Shown here: positions 23,568 to 24,000 of the stretch, piece after piece
Layout: every line of letters starts with the position of its first letter
Numbering within the stretch: the first letter of the stretch is position 1
Source of the DNA: Methanococcus voltae
GTDB lineage: Archaea > AGJL01 > Methanococci > Methanococcales > Methanococcaceae
Assembly (NCBI RefSeq): GCF_017875395.1
Contig: NZ_JAGGMO010000004.1
Span: 42,478-66,477 of the forward strand
Length of the DNA: 24,000 nt
Reading direction: 5' to 3'
The notes under the pieces: generated by a model
Told to the model about the DNA's origin: nothing
Seen by the model: only the letters and a program-made list of their open reading frames with translations
Database searches by the model: none
Program-made: the position numbers and the translations under genes

Positions 23568-23856
23568 AATTTCACCATAATGAACATTTGATAAAAATAA
23601 TAGTGGTAATAGTAATAATTATTATAATTATTATGGTATTATAGTATTATATTATTATATTATTATAGTATTATAATTATAGTAATCACAATAATAGAAT
23701 GATATGTCATATATACCATTCAAATAATACGAATTTTCGATTATATCCGATTAATAGTATATAATTCATTAAAATATAAAAATATACCCTTTAAATTTAT
23801 TTCAATGAAAGGAATTATAAAAGAATTATAAAATCATATCTAAATTAAGAATATGA

Positions 23857-24000
23857 TTATTTTAAATTCTTCTTCCTACGTTTAAGATTTAATTTAGGCT
23901 TTTTTGTTACTAAAGGTGTTCTTTGCACCTCTAATTTATCAACGGTAGGGTAATATTCGGATATATATGCCCTAAACTCGCCAAACTCGTTTTCAAGTTC
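23857..24000 (-). CDS. hypothetical protein; only the C-terminal 47 aa are visible (...EFRAYISEYYPTVDKLEVQRTPLVTKKPKLNLKRRKKNLK*)
   Basis: My minus-strand translation from the window edge is open to the TAA at 23859-23857. It is not in the ORF track because it is partial. Confidence 0.4.
   Translation of the reverse strand, partial: ELENEFGEFRAYISEYYPTVDKLEVQRTPLVTKKPKLNLKRRKKNLK

Noticed and set aside
958-23580. Short ORFs nested antisense or out of frame inside long genes: 958..1245, 2349..2666, 9837..10055, 10052..10258, 11673..11867, 12083..12286, 14352..14537, 14471..14656, 14666..14851, 18685..18879, 18846..19088, 19970..20161, 21034..21237, 22719..22931, 23320..23580
   Set aside because: Each is fully overlapped by a longer ORF with recognisable motifs or an SD. 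Their products are low-complexity I/L/F/K-rich, as expected for shadow frames in AT-rich DNA. None has an SD.
23585-23710. Microsatellite-like (attat/tatta)n low-complexity tract upstream of leuS
   Set aside because: There is no consistent unit or phasing. It is typical AT-rich promoter-proximal DNA, and no function can be argued.
1-24000. cas genes, a casposon/Cas1-like integrase, or transposase genes associated with the array
   Set aside because: No ORF shows Cas1, Cas2, Cas6, Cas3 or DDE-transposase-like motifs. The only recombinase is the tyrosine integrase at 12950..13933.

Overview
All domain calls below were made by eye from motifs, with no BLAST or HMM search, so they are hypotheses. 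This is an AT-rich archaeal chromosome segment that looks like a Methanococcales methanogen. Supporting signs are an archaeal-type LeuRS, GGTG/GAGGGG Shine-Dalgarno motifs 4-6 nt before starts, oligo-T terminators and a tRNA without encoded CCA. The right part (about 17.6-24 kb) is core genome: tRNA-Ser(GCU), a membrane protein, a stand-alone HNH protein, a DUF2334-like deacetylase, a small membrane protein, leuS and a partial ORF. The left 17.6 kb lies on the 3' side of tRNA-Ser and reads as an accessory or defence island built from cassettes. In order it contains: (1) a partial two-gene operon; (2) a 993-aa PHP-phosphoesterase fused to a coiled-coil SMC/ABC-type ATPase, preceded by a small wHTH gene; (3) an HNH-nuclease plus MazG-like NTP-pyrophosphatase operon; (4) a RelE/ParE-RHH toxin-antitoxin cassette bracketed by a ~60-bp duplication of the neighbouring gene's 3' end; (5) an unknown 425-aa protein translationally coupled to a PIN-like protein; (6) an 81-aa protein and a TPR/TM/transglutaminase-like protein; (7) a tyrosine-integrase module with a wHTH, a DUF2080/AbrB-like protein, two unknowns, int, another wHTH and an RHH-coiled-coil protein; (8) a 16-repeat CRISPR array with no cas genes in the window; (9) an 880-bp ORF-free region with a GC-rich cluster of phased GGACC/GGTCC motifs. 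The most unusual structure is between int and the CRISPR array. A 43-bp element occurs in inverted copies flanking 1.48 kb next to int. Its copies are bracketed by long local duplications (32 bp of the int 3' end; 60 bp of CRISPR trailer plus repeat start). They are also interleaved with collapsed CRISPR-repeat fragments.
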